Source of the DNA: Anthoceros angustus
Lineage: Eukaryota; Plantae; Anthocerotophyta
Direction of reading: 5' to 3'
DNA length: 22,995 bases
Assembly: GCA_010909165.1 (NCBI GenBank)
Contig: VJWM01000392.1
Coordinates: 1 to 22,995, forward strand
Part shown: positions 22,579 to 22,995 of the stretch, piece by piece
How positions within the stretch are numbered: the stretch's first letter is position 1
Layout of the letters: each line of letters opens with the position of its first letter
Program-made: the position numbers and the translations under genes
Notes under the pieces: generated by a model
The model's input: only the letters and a program-made list of their open reading frames with translations
What the model was told of the DNA's origin: nothing
Databases searched by the model: none

Positions 22579-22716
22579 AAAGGGAATGATCAGGAACTGG
22601 ATCGCCACGTTTAACGGTCGCGTGTGCGACCGCCGGCAGCACGACCGCCCGGCGGTGAACGCCGGGACGCGGGCCAGCCGCGGGCGGCGAGGATGGGGCG
22701 AACAGGTTCACGGCGG

Positions 22717-22995
22717 TTACCGACTCGACCCCAGGAAGTTCAGCTTGGACACGTTCGGGGCCGGGTTCTGCGGGTTCGGTTTCGGCGGCGTTTCGATGAC
22801 GCTTGAGATCAGCTCGCCGAAGTTGTTGTCCGGCGAGTTCTGCCCGGCGGTCACCGGAATGGCCGACAGCCAGTCGTTCACCTGCACCAGCCGCCGGCCG
22901 GTCCGGGGTGTCCTTACCGTCCAGGTACCCGGCCGGCTGACTCTCCGCACCCAGTACTGACCCGGCGCGGTTGGCGAAGCTGTACGACCCGTCCG
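22717..22995 (-). CDS. C-terminal fragment of an SdrD-B-like (CnaB-type) repeat surface protein, Planctomycetota (Gemmataceae)-like
   Basis: Stitched: DGSYSFAN.APGQYWVR.SQPAGYLDGKDTP..VNDWLSAIPVTAGQNSPDNNFGEL, then a Pro-rich linker and VSKLNFLGSSR*. QPAGYLDGKD/NNFGEL and a terminal SK..FL.S are motifs I recall from Planctomycete SdrD-B proteins. GC much higher than the rest of the window. Confidence 0.7.
   Translation of the reverse strand, partial: RTGRTASPTAPGQYWVRRVSRPGTWTVRTPRTGRRLVQVNDWLSAIPVTAGQNSPDNNFGELISSVIETPPKPNPQNPAPNVSKLNFLGSSR

Noticed and set aside
1-22995. CRISPR array, tRNA/rRNA, phage or defence genes
   Set aside because: No regularly spaced repeats, structural RNA signatures, or nuclease, RT or integrase motifs seen on either strand by eye.

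Overview
About 22.6 kb of Bacteroidota-like DNA (probably Chitinophagaceae, inferred from a T9SS type-A cargo, a propeller-Y_Y_Y-LytS/LytTR pair and gene style), joined at about 22.6 kb to roughly 400 bp of much more GC-rich DNA encoding the end of a Planctomycete-style SdrD-B protein. Nearly every gene is broken by single-base indels, as expected for unpolished long-read sequence, so gene models were stitched across frames by hand and boundaries are approximate. The left 14 kb is a dense signalling cluster of six PAS/GAF sensor genes and one stand-alone receiver. Three sensors look complete (one HisKA_3/NarX-type, two HisKA 'SHDLKEP' type). One is a decayed copy with in-frame TAA stops and no His codon. 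One is a PAS pseudo-kinase lacking the His, N-box and G-boxes. One is a GAF protein ending in a His-bearing DHp domain with no ATPase domain. An IS1-family transposase remnant lies inside the cluster. The right part has a ~1,030-aa T9SS-secreted protein divergent from a LytS-like sensor/LytTR regulator operon. The best candidate for an undescribed system is the set of incomplete HisKA_3-type proteins beside an intact HisKA_3 kinase; its function is inference only.
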